Of a stretch of 64,000 nt of DNA, positions 54,345 through 62,949 are shown one piece after another (position 1 is the first letter of the stretch; every line of letters begins with the position of its first letter). The stretch lies in the NCBI GenBank assembly GCA_965209115.1, contig CBDBQD010000002.1, forward strand, positions 327,890-391,889, written 5' to 3'. Position numbers and translations under genes: made by a program. A model generated the notes under the pieces. It was not told the DNA's origin. It ran no database searches and was given only the letters and a program-made list of their open reading frames with translations. Origin of the DNA: Acidimicrobiales bacterium. GTDB taxonomy: Bacteria > Actinomycetota > Acidimicrobiia > Acidimicrobiales > CATQHL01.

Positions 54345-55538
54345 TCACGGCGCGGTTGGAAGTGCCGGGACGGCTCGTTTGAGGTATTCGTCGAACTTGG
54401 GGACGGTGAAGGCGGCGTAGCCGTGGCCGGCTGCGTACAGGAGCCCCTTGTCGATGAGTTGTCGTCGGGTGGGGCCGCACTGCGTCGACGACCGGGCGAG
54501 CCGCCCGGCCACGTCTCGGGCGAGTTGCGGTCCGGGGCCCAGTTCGGCCATTGCTCGCAGGTAGGTTCTCTGCAGTTCGGTGGCGCGGTCGAGGCGGACC
54601 TTGAAGAACCCGGAGTCGAGTTTGTCCTCGACGACCGCCGTGGCGATCTCGGCGTCGCGTTCGACTACGGGGCTGCGGGCCGCGGTGGCCCACACGGCCT
54701 GCCCGAATTCCTGCAGGAAGTAGGGGTAGCCCTCGGAGAAATCCAAGCCTCGATTCACGGCGGCATCACTGAATTCGACGCCGTGCTGCGCTGCCGGCTC
54801 GCGCAGCACGCGCGCCGCATCATCGGAGTCGAGGCGGCCGAGTTCGGGGAACACGAACAGTCGCTCGGCGTAGGTCTTGGCGTTGCCGACGAGTTCGTGG
54901 ATCTGCGGCAGGCCCGCGGCGGCGACCGTGATAGGCAGGGCGTGCTGAACGGTTCGATGAAGTGCGGCTATGAGGGCTTCCATCTGCCTGCTGCTCAGAT
55001 AGTGGAGTTCGTCGAGCAGCAGGACCACGCCTGTCCCCCGGTCCCGCGCCCCCTCGCCGAGGCTCACGAGCAGGTCGGTCAGGTCGGCGTTGAGGTCCCC
55101 GCTGTCAGCCAAGCCCGCCGACGGGTCTACGTCGAGCCCCACGGTCAGGAGCCCTTCCGGGTCGATTCGCAGCGTGAACGACCGCAACGTCCCCGCGGCC
55201 CGCTTCAACGCTTCGGTCCATCTTCCGGCGAAGGCGAGTTGGTGCAGCACCCGGCGGACTTCTCGCGCCAGTCCGGCGCGGAACTCCGAATCATCCCACT
55301 TGGCCACCTCGAGCTCCACCGAGCGCCATCCCAGGTCGAGAGCGAGCCGGCGGAACTCGCCGAGCAGGACCGTCTTACCGACACCGCGCAGCCCCACGAC
55401 GATCAGCGACTGTTCGGTGTGACCTGCGGCCAGTCGGCTCAGGAGAACGTCGAACGCGGCGATTTCACCGTCCCGACCGACGAGGACGGGCGGCTTGGCC
55501 CCGGCGTTGGGGGTGTAGGGATTGGTTCGGGGATCCAC
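54345..55538 (-). CDS. orphan AAA/STAND-like ATPase with a C-terminal winged-helix region
   Basis: Walker A GLRGVGKT, Walker B VVLLLDELH, C-terminal ...RTYLRAMAELGPGP...LIDKGLLY. Confidence 0.8.
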   Translation of the reverse strand: MDPRTNPYTPNAGAKPPVLVGRDGEIAAFDVLLSRLAAGHTEQSLIVVGLRGVGKTVLLGEFRRLALDLGWRSVELEVAKWDDSEFRAGLAREVRRVLHQLAFAGRWTEALKRAAGTLRSFTLRIDPEGLLTVGLDVDPSAGLADSGDLNADLTDLLVSLGEGARDRGTGVVLLLDELHYLSSRQMEALIAALHRTVQHALPITVAAAGLPQIHELVGNAKTYAERLFVFPELGRLDSDDAARVLREPAAQHGVEFSDAAVNRGLDFSEGYPYFLQEFGQAVWATAARSPVVERDAEIATAVVEDKLDSGFFKVRLDRATELQRTYLRAMAELGPGPQLARDVAGRLARSSTQCGPTRRQLIDKGLLYAAGHGYAAFTVPKFDEYLKRAVPALPTAP

Positions 55539-55654
55539 AGCACGACCAACTGTAGCGCAGTGTGAGGGCTGTGAACAGGAATTTATCGTCGTTATCTTAG
55601 TTTATTCCTAACGCATAAATCGCACTAAAGATGATAAAGCCAAGGGCGGCGGCG

Positions 55655-56232
55655 TCAGGCGTTCACGACGGCGTCCATCCAGTCGGCCACGAAGGCCGGG
55701 CCGTCGGCCGCCGAGCAGACCCGCATGTTGGGGCGGCGCTCGGGGTGGTCGATGGTGCGGAGGATCTGCCCCTCGTACTCGACGGCGATGCTTGCGTTCC
55801 GCAGGGTGGCGTGGGCGCCGCCGAGGGCGACGTGCACGGCGAGCGGGTCGTGGAGGTAGGTGCGCTCGTCGAAGTGCGAGCCGTCCAGGCCGTACTTCGC
55901 CGCGAAGTCACCGAACGGGTCGCGCATCTCCTCGATGAGCCGGACCAGCTTCTGGGAGACGGGGCCGCCGTCGCCGGCTAGGCGGTCCCGGTCGGCACGG
56001 TCGAGGTAGACCTGCAGGGTCACCTCCAAGGGCACGAGCGTGATGTCCAGCCCCGACCCCAACACGATGGCGGCGGCGAGCGGGTCGGAGTTGAGGTTCG
56101 TCTCGAAGCTCGCCGGCCAGGCGACCATGTGCCGCTCCACGATCCCGCCCATGATCGTCACCGGGCCGAGTGCGCCGGCCAGCCCGGGTTCCATCTGCAG
56201 CGCCAGCGCCAGGTTCGTGACCGGCCCGACCG
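55655..56232. repeat. direct repeat copy 1 (identical to 63423-64000)
   Basis: By-eye comparison finds no mismatch. Identity begins exactly at the stop codon of the hydrolase gene and runs to the window end. Confidence 0.85.
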
Positions 56233-56614
56233 TCAGCACCGCCAACGGGTCTCGGGTCCCTTCGGCGGCATCGATGATGAACCGGGCCGCGTCCTCGCGG
56301 GTCGGCTCGTCGTCGGGCACCTGCCGCTCGGCGTCGGTCAGCACGCCGGCGCCCTCATGGCCCCACATCTCGTTCCAGTGGAAGCCGTCGACGCTGCTGC
56401 GGCGCAGCGGTGTCGAGCGCCCGGCCACGACAGGCACATGCCGCTTGTCGGACACCTCGAGCAGCGATCGGGCGATGGCGGCCCGCAGCGGGGCGTGACC
56501 GTGGACGGTCGTCACCCCGACCAGATCCGCATCCGGCCGGGCAATCAGCAGCGCCAGCGCCAGCGCATCGTCCGCATCGGTGCCGATGTCGGTGTCGAGC
56601 AGCACTTCGGCCAT
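55655..56614 (-). CDS. nucleoside hydrolase (IunH/Rih family), copy 1
   Basis: DTDIGTDADDALALALL N-terminal Asp cluster; full length 319 aa. Confidence 0.9.
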   Translation of the reverse strand: MAEVLLDTDIGTDADDALALALLIARPDADLVGVTTVHGHAPLRAAIARSLLEVSDKRHVPVVAGRSTPLRRSSVDGFHWNEMWGHEGAGVLTDAERQVPDDEPTREDAARFIIDAAEGTRDPLAVLTVGPVTNLALALQMEPGLAGALGPVTIMGGIVERHMVAWPASFETNLNSDPLAAAIVLGSGLDITLVPLEVTLQVYLDRADRDRLAGDGGPVSQKLVRLIEEMRDPFGDFAAKYGLDGSHFDERTYLHDPLAVHVALGGAHATLRNASIAVEYEGQILRTIDHPERRPNMRVCSAADGPAFVADWMDAVVNA

Positions 56615-56663
56615 GGCGAGACGCCCTTTCGTTTGGTGACAACTTACGTGACTAGTTGAGCTT

Positions 56664-57283
56664 TGAATCGCACTGGGTTTGGTGGAGACTCGGTTTATTG
56701 GTTTCCAACCGGTTCACGGTCGGTCTGTTGGGCAGCGTAGGCCGCCTCGAATTCTGCCGGGGGTATGTCGCCGAGGTGGCCGTGGAGGCGCTGGGTGTTG
56801 TGCCAGTGCACCCAGGCGAGGGTGGCGAGTTCGACGTCGCCGACGCTGCGCCGAGGGCCCCCGGTGGGGCCGCGGATCAGTTCGGTCATCACACCAGTGG
56901 CGGTCGAGCTCCGCCGCGAAGAAAGCCGAAGCCGACTTCAAGATCGCGTTCGCCCGGCGCAGCTCCCGGTTCTCCTGCTCGAGTTCTCTGATCCTCTGAC
57001 GATCCTCCGTCGTCAGACCCGCCGCGGCGCCGTCGTCGATGTCGGCCTGTGCGACCCACTTGCGCACCGACTCGACGCCGACGCTTGACTGGTCCGCCAC
57101 CCGCCGCACCGTCCCGCGGCTCGCGCCCAGCTCGGCGCGCAACGCCCGCACCAACCGCACCGCCTGGGCCTTCTCCACCTCCGAATACCGGCGCGAAGAC
57201 CCCCTACCTGCTGAATGTCCAGATGCTATGACCCCATTCTCGCTTCCAAGCTCAGGAGCCTCCACCGAACCCAGTGCGAATCA
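56664..57283. mobile_element. internally deleted IS3-family element with both terminal inverted repeats
   Basis: Ends are TGAATCGCACTGGGTTTGGTGGAGACTC (56664-56691) and the reverse complement of 57256-57283 (TGATTCGCACTGGGTTCGGTGGAGGCTC). Inside are an OrfA-like HTH/leucine-zipper ORF and only the last 60 aa or so of OrfB. Confidence 0.8.
56714..57265 (-). pseudogene. IS3 OrfA joined to the residual OrfB C-terminus
   Basis: RRYSEVEKAQAVRLV...VESVRKWVAQA...RIRELEQENRELRRANAILKSASAFFAAELDR (OrfA). A separate frame at 56695..56892 encodes LATLAWVHWHNTQRLHGHLGDIPPAEFEAAY (integrase C-terminus). Confidence 0.75.
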
Positions 57284-57342
57284 TGGGAGCCGTGCGGTCG
57301 GGCTGGTCGGTGGGGCGTTCGCGCGGCTGTGGCGCGCGGTGC

Positions 57343-57371
57343 TTGACATCCCCGGGGGGGGGGGGATACTT
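57343..57371 (+). promoter_or_regulatory. promoter-like TTGACA - G12 tract - GATACT upstream of the large secreted-protein gene
   Basis: TTGACA at 57343-57348. The spacer tcccc + G-run places G12 at 57354-57365. GATACT is at 57365-57370 (16-nt spacer), or ATACTT with a 17-nt spacer. The element is about 95 nt before ATG 57465. Confidence 0.45.
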
Positions 57372-57464
57372 TCCCGCCCGGTCGGCCGGAAGGGTGTCGT
57401 GTCGGCCGCGTCCGGCTCCGCCTGCGGGCCGCGCCCAAGCCGACCTGACGGAGCGCACGTTGCC

Positions 57465-60398
57465 ATGAACTGCCGGATCCGCTTCGTCGCGGTGGTCGTG
57501 GCTGCGGTGCTGGCCGGGTCGTTGGCGCCGGCGGCGGCTTCCTCGCCGGCGGCGGCGCAGGAGCAGACGTCCTGGTATGTGAACGACGATCCGGTCCTGA
57601 ACGGGCCGTCGCGGTACTGGTACCGGGGTGAGGCCGGTCACGGGTTCGGGTCGAACGGCTACGTGTACACCTACGGGATCGCGGGGGAGTCGAGCGCGGA
57701 CAACTGGGCGCGCTGGTCGATGGGCCGCCGGGTGGGCCGCCAGGAGATCCAGGCGTACGTGCCGAGCAATCACGCCACGGCCACGGTGACCTACCGGATC
57801 GACGTCGGCGGCCGGGAGCACACGCGGCGGGTGGCGCAGCGCGACGTCTCCGGTTGGACGTCCCTGGGCGGCTACGACGCCGACGGGGCGCTGGTGACGG
57901 TCACCGTCCGGGACAACGAGGCGTCTCAGCACCACGCTCGCCACGGGCTCGCCGCGAGCCGCATCGGCGTGGACGCCATCCGGATGCGCTGCATCAGTCG
58001 CTGCGGTTCCGCCTCGCCCCCGCCGCCCGATCTGCCGCCCGCGCAGCCCGCTCCGCCGCCGTCTTCGCCGCGGTCCGGGTCGTCGCCGTACTGCGATGTG
58101 ATCTCGGCGGGCACCTTCGGCGGCGTGCAGAACCAGTCGGGTTTCTTCGCCGGTGGCTCCTGGTCCGATCATCATTGGCCCCATGATCATTGTTCACCCG
58201 TGAACGTTTCGGGCCGCCTCACGCAATTGTTCGAGTTCTCTCTGTCCTCCGAGGATGAGGTCACGATCGGTCTGGAGTCCTCCGACGCCGACACGTCCCT
58301 GTCCTTGTCCGACGCCCGGGGTCGGGTGATCGCAATCGACGACGACGGCGGTTCGGGCACGAACTCGCGCATCACGGCAACTCTCGCCGCCGGCACGTAT
58401 CTGGTCGAGGCCGCCTTCGACATCGAGAGCGAATCCGGGGGCTACCAATTCTCCATTGAGACCGGGCCAGGGACTCGTTCGTCGGCTCGCCCGGCCTCGC
58501 GGCAGCAGGATCCCGGGCCGTCTTCGGGGCAATCCGGGCCTGTGGCTGGCTGCGGTGTGATGCACCTCGGCACAATTGGTCCGGAACTCGGCGTTTTCGT
58601 CGATTCGGCCAATGGTCCTTGTCCGTCGGGGAACCAGACCTACCCTCACACGGGCGTGTTCGAGTTCGCACTCGCCGCCGAGTTCAAAGTCGATATCTCT
58701 CTGGAGACCCAGGAGGGTGATGAAAGGCACTTGTCACTGTCGGACGCAGAGGGTCAGGTCCTAGCGACCGGTGAAGTCGGCGGTTTCCAGGATGGCACTT
58801 GGTTGCCGTTGCTGAACTATTCGTCTATTTGGATGACGCTCCCCGCCGGCACGTATCGTATCGAGGCCGCGTCTTCGGAGTCTGCCGCGCCCTACGACAG
58901 TTATCCCGACGGCGGGGGTGGATTCTTGCTCGGGATCTACGTCTATGCGACCAACGAGCAGAACGACGACGGCCGTCGCTCACCGGACTCTGACGCGGAC
59001 GCCGGCCGAGCCACCGACCCGCCGCCGACTCCTCAACCAATGCCGCAGCGCACTGACTGGGTCGCGGAAATCCTTCAGTCTCTGCGTGAGTCCTTGCGTG
59101 AGTTCCTTGAGTTCACCGGTTCGCAACCAGAACCGGAAGACACCGACTGCGACAAGCCGCCTGGCAACAAGTATGAACGCAAGAGAGACGGTGAAGGCTG
59201 GTGGGGGGCTCTCACTGCCGAGCACCGCGTCTTCGCCCTGCAGACCTTCACGACAATTGACGGCGCTCGCGTGGAGGCTGGGACGAAGGGCGGAGAGGTG
59301 CAGCACAATCACACAAATCTCTCACAATCGGGCTGCTCGTGGATCGCCCTCGGTGCGAAGGCGAATACCAAAACGAGAGTCTCGGGGAATGCTCTCGTGA
59401 AGGGAAAGGCTGAAGTGCTGGATCGGGCAAAGGTCTACGGGAACGCTCAGGTGTACGGCGATTCCAGGGTAGTCGACGATGCCCGGGTCTACGGGAACGC
59501 TCAGGTGTACGGTGAAGCCAAGGTCTACAAGAATGCGGAAATCTATGGCGACGCTGCCATTCGTGATAGGGCACGAATTTATGGAAACGCCAAGGTGCAC
59601 GAAAATGCAAGGGTGACCGGTAACGCACGAGTCTACGGTTTGGCCGAGGTCACTGGAAGTGTGAGTTGCATAAACATAAACATAAACAACGAGAGGATCT
59701 ATGAGAGGGCAGATTGTCGGGGCGATGAGATCAAAATCGAGCCTGTGGTGACCGACGATGCTCGCGTTTACGGGAACGCGAAGGTTTCGGGTAGTGCGCG
59801 AATCGTCGGGAACGCTAAGGTTTTCGGAGACGCGGAAGTAACTGGCACAGCATTAATATTTGGCGATATGGAGATTGACTCAGACGTCTACGACGGAACC
59901 CAAGAGTACAGAAGAATCGCAGAAGAGATATTCAATAATGTCTATGCTGAGCTACACTCACAGCTCAAAGAGGATTGTCCAAAAGAAATTTCTGAAGATG
60001 ATCTCACGAACCTTACAATGTCTCTCCTGAAGGGCACTAAATCTGGTTCTGTCGAGGAGGCGATCAATTCCGGTTGTGAAAGGAATAAGTTCATTAATGC
60101 TGCTGGGAGAGCTTTGCTGCCGAGCGCGTGGGAATTTTTCGCCGAGCTAGCTCTTCCTTTGGTGAAAGCCTCGAACCTCAAAAGGCTCGAGCAGGTTGCA
60201 GATCTATTGGAGCTAGCGAAGCTGGCGCATGATGCTCGTGAAGTCGGCAAATTAGCTGACACCGTTGAGACCTTGGATGAGACCTTGGAAAAATTGGATG
60301 AGACCTTGGAAAAATGGGGCATTTCGGAGGCAGAGTTAGAGTCATACAACAATAAGGTTCGTGAAGAATACGAAAGACTGTTGGAGGCCGGCGGATAA
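57465..60398 (+). CDS. large secreted multidomain protein: conserved N-terminal module, 2 PPC-like domains, hexapeptide beta-helix, helical C-terminus
   Basis: Signal peptide MNCRIRFVAVVVAAVLAGSLAPAAASSPAAAQ. PPC-like blocks (...TIGLESSDADTSLSLSDARGRVIA...AGTYLVEA...YQFSI, and a second). 13+7 hexads of A.VYGN type at about 59379-59880. GGAG lies 12 nt before the ATG. The track start at 57039 crosses the IS end. Confidence 0.8.
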   Translation: MNCRIRFVAVVVAAVLAGSLAPAAASSPAAAQEQTSWYVNDDPVLNGPSRYWYRGEAGHGFGSNGYVYTYGIAGESSADNWARWSMGRRVGRQEIQAYVPSNHATATVTYRIDVGGREHTRRVAQRDVSGWTSLGGYDADGALVTVTVRDNEASQHHARHGLAASRIGVDAIRMRCISRCGSASPPPPDLPPAQPAPPPSSPRSGSSPYCDVISAGTFGGVQNQSGFFAGGSWSDHHWPHDHCSPVNVSGRLTQLFEFSLSSEDEVTIGLESSDADTSLSLSDARGRVIAIDDDGGSGTNSRITATLAAGTYLVEAAFDIESESGGYQFSIETGPGTRSSARPASRQQDPGPSSGQSGPVAGCGVMHLGTIGPELGVFVDSANGPCPSGNQTYPHTGVFEFALAAEFKVDISLETQEGDERHLSLSDAEGQVLATGEVGGFQDGTWLPLLNYSSIWMTLPAGTYRIEAASSESAAPYDSYPDGGGGFLLGIYVYATNEQNDDGRRSPDSDADAGRATDPPPTPQPMPQRTDWVAEILQSLRESLREFLEFTGSQPEPEDTDCDKPPGNKYERKRDGEGWWGALTAEHRVFALQTFTTIDGARVEAGTKGGEVQHNHTNLSQSGCSWIALGAKANTKTRVSGNALVKGKAEVLDRAKVYGNAQVYGDSRVVDDARVYGNAQVYGEAKVYKNAEIYGDAAIRDRARIYGNAKVHENARVTGNARVYGLAEVTGSVSCINININNERIYERADCRGDEIKIEPVVTDDARVYGNAKVSGSARIVGNAKVFGDAEVTGTALIFGDMEIDSDVYDGTQEYRRIAEEIFNNVYAELHSQLKEDCPKEISEDDLTNLTMSLLKGTKSGSVEEAINSGCERNKFINAAGRALLPSAWEFFAELALPLVKASNLKRLEQVADLLELAKLAHDAREVGKLADTVETLDETLEKLDETLEKWGISEAELESYNNKVREEYERLLEAGG
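57554..57920. repeat. dispersed repeat shared with 52127-52492 (diverged in patches)
   Basis: Long identical runs, e.g. gtgaacgacgatccggtcctgaacgggccgtcgcggtactggtaccggggtga and gggatcgcgggggagtcgagcgcgga. Confidence 0.8.
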
Positions 60399-61016
60399 TC
60401 GCCGCGGACCGGCGCCGACCATGGCCGGTCCGGTCAGGGGCAGGTACACGTGCCGGAAGACCCGCCAGGCGCCGGCGCCGTCGATGGACGCGGCCTCGGC
60501 GAGCTCCGCGGGGATGTCGAGGTAGAACTGGCGCAGCAGGAAGATCGCCAGCCCGTTGCCCACCCCCGGCAGGATCAGGCCGATGTAGCTGTTGTCCAGC
60601 CCCACATCGCGCGCGGCGTCGGCCAGGGGGATCGCCAGCGCCTCGAACGGCACCATGAAGGCCAGCACGACCAGGGCGAAGACGAACCCGCGGCCTCTGA
60701 AGCGGAACGCCGTCAGCCCGTAGGCCGCCATGGCGGATATCAGCACGCCCACGGCGACCGTGGCGCCCGCCACGATCAGCGAGTTGAGAATGGCGCGCCC
60801 CAGCGTGCCGTGGGCGACCGCCGCCACGTTCTCGGCGGTGACCGCGTCGGGGATGAACGTGCGCCACTCCAGGCCCCGGAAGGACTGGAACACGGCGTTG
60901 GCGGGGCGGAGCCCGGAGGCCACGGTCCAGGCCAGCGGCGCCAGCCACAGGATCGCGAAGACGGGCACGAGCACCACCAGGGGCGCCCGGCCCCAGCGCG
61001 GCATGTCAAGACGCAT
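60399..61016 (-). pseudogene. 3'-truncated carbohydrate ABC transporter permease (MalG-like)
   Basis: Has the EAA-loop region EAASIDGAGAWRVFRHVYLPL but lacks the last TM segments. The reading frame runs into the AT-rich 3' end of the large gene. Confidence 0.7.
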
Positions 61017-61023
61017 GGCGTAG

Positions 61024-61347
61024 GGGCTCGGTGGGGCCGCGCATCAGCCGGAACTGCACGGCCACGAGCTCAAGGCCGCGTTCTGGGAGATCTTCAACCC
61101 GCCCGAAGACATCGACCCAGGCGAGGCGGCCGTCGGTGCGGCGCAGGCCAACATCGACTCCTTCGCCCGCCGATATGAGCGCGAGTTGCCCGCCGCCGCC
61201 AAGTGCCTTCTCACCGATCGGCGGGCCCTCAACGCCTACATGAGGTTCCCTCCTGCGCACTGGAAACGCATCCGCCACACCAACCTCATAGAGCGCACCT
61301 TCGGCGAGACCCGACGACGGGTCAAAGTCATGGGAAGACGAAGCTGA
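61024..61347 (+). pseudogene. IS256-family transposase fragment (truncated at both ends)
   Basis: My translation gives ...CLLTDRRALNAYMRFPPAHWKRIRHTNLIERTFGETRRRVKVMG, the conserved C-terminal IS256 block. There is no start codon and the stop is premature. Confidence 0.7.
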
Positions 61348-61416
61348 GGAGCCAGTACCGGAGCTGCCGACACCCGGCGGCGATTAGGACGGTTGGTTCC
61401 GCTGCCGCGCGAGAAT

Positions 61417-62757
61417 TCATGCCTCCCACAGGTATGACAGCGGCAGGGCGCCGATCCGATCGGAGAGCCTGTGCGGATGCTGGCCGGCGTAGAGCACGAT
61501 GCCGACGTCGAAGCGGTCGCCGATGAGATCACGCAGCCACACGAGCCAGCGGGCGTCGGAGGGGCGGGCGGTGGCACCGGCCTTGGTCTCCACCGCGATG
61601 ACTCGCCCGTCGGGGCGCTCCATCAGCAGATCCACCTCACGGCCCCGGGAGTCGCGGTAGTGGCAGAAGCGCAGCTCCGGCGCGAGCGCGGAGGCCTGCC
61701 GACGGAGCTCGTTGAAGACGAACGTCTCATGCAGTGGTCCGCGGTGGGCAGCAGCCGGGTCGCTCAACGACTCGGTATCGACACCCAGCACGGCAGCGGC
61801 CAGTCCGGTGTCGGTGAGGTGGATCTTCGAGCGGCGCTTGGCTCTCGTCGCCGCGCCCGGGGCCCAGCCCTCCAGCCGGGCCACGAGGTGGGTCATCTCC
61901 AAGTACGACAGGTAGTCCGCGGTGGTGCCGATGCTGCCGAATCCCACATCACGGTGAAGGTCCTGTACGACAAGCTCCCCGGCGGTGCGAGCCGCCACCG
62001 CGTGCAGCAGTCGAGGCAACTCGCTCGATCGCCTTGCCCCCGTCAGCTCGACGATGTCACGAGTCACGGCTGTGTGGACATACGCCCGGAACCACAGCTG
62101 CCGGTCAGCGTCCGGCAGGCCGATCACCTCCGGGTAGCCGCCCCGGCACACCCGCTCGGCGTACTGGGAGCGGCTGAGCGCCGACGGCGGCGACCGCAGC
62201 AGGTCACTCAAGGCGGCGCGCGGCTCATCGAGCAGCCGCGCCAGCAGCCCGTCGCCGCCGTCATCCATCTCAACCTGCGAGAATGGGGTGAGCTCGAAGA
62301 ACACGGCCCGTCCGGCCAGCGACTCCGACAGCACCGGGACATGCAGGAAGCCGGCCGAGCCGGTGAGCAGGAACCGGCCGGGCACCGGGTCGGCGTCGAC
62401 GGCCAGCTTGATCGCCCGCACCAGGTCGTCGCCGCCGCGCTGCACCTCGTCGATGACGGTGGGGCGGGGCCGGTCGGACACGAACCCCGCCGGATCGTCG
62501 CGAGCCAGCGCCGCCAGAGTCGGATCGTCAAGACTCAGGAACGCCCGGTCAAGACTGATGGGCTTGCCGTCAAGGCTGAGAAGCCTGCCGTCAAGAGTCA
62601 GGAATGCTCCGTCGGCCGCGATCCGGTGTGCCAGCGTGGTCTTGCCCGACTGGCGCGGCCCCTGCAGGACCACCACCCGGAACGTGTCGAGCGCGCGTCG
62701 CAGCACCGGCTCTATCTGACGCTGCACCAGCGCCTGTCGCTCCTGCCTAAGTGGCAC
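61417..62757 (-). CDS. AAA_14/DUF4143-type ATPase
   Basis: Walker A GPRQSGKTT, Walker B VIDEVQ, C-terminal DUF4143-like ...EVDLLMERPDGRVIAVETK. Confidence 0.82.
   Translation of the reverse strand: MPLRQERQALVQRQIEPVLRRALDTFRVVVLQGPRQSGKTTLAHRIAADGAFLTLDGRLLSLDGKPISLDRAFLSLDDPTLAALARDDPAGFVSDRPRPTVIDEVQRGGDDLVRAIKLAVDADPVPGRFLLTGSAGFLHVPVLSESLAGRAVFFELTPFSQVEMDDGGDGLLARLLDEPRAALSDLLRSPPSALSRSQYAERVCRGGYPEVIGLPDADRQLWFRAYVHTAVTRDIVELTGARRSSELPRLLHAVAARTAGELVVQDLHRDVGFGSIGTTADYLSYLEMTHLVARLEGWAPGAATRAKRRSKIHLTDTGLAAAVLGVDTESLSDPAAAHRGPLHETFVFNELRRQASALAPELRFCHYRDSRGREVDLLMERPDGRVIAVETKAGATARPSDARWLVWLRDLIGDRFDVGIVLYAGQHPHRLSDRIGALPLSYLWEA
62527..62610. repeat. four imperfect in-frame 21-bp tandem repeats inside the DUF4143 ATPase gene
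   Basis: Units are gtcaagactcaggaacgcccg / gtcaagactgatgggcttgcc / gtcaaggctgagaagcctgcc / gtcaagagtcaggaatgctcc. They encode FLTLDG RLLSLDG KPISLDR AFLSLDD. Confidence 0.8.
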
Positions 62758-62949
62758 AGATCAATGCTATCAGTATTTTTACCTGGCAGCTACTAGTAGT
62801 GCTACCGCAGCTCTACCAGATCATTCCCAACGAACTTGCTGCTAACCCGGCACCTGCCCGGACCGTCACAGAACACCGCAGCGCTCGCAGCGCTTCGATG
62901 GGACCGGGGGCGGTGACCAGGGCCCTGCCGATGAGCACGGCATCGTAAC

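Noticed and set aside
57039-57464. Upstream extension of the large ORF to 57039.
   Set aside because: It would read through the IS3 relic end and the G12 tract. A canonical signal peptide with a GGAG RBS begins at ATG 57465.
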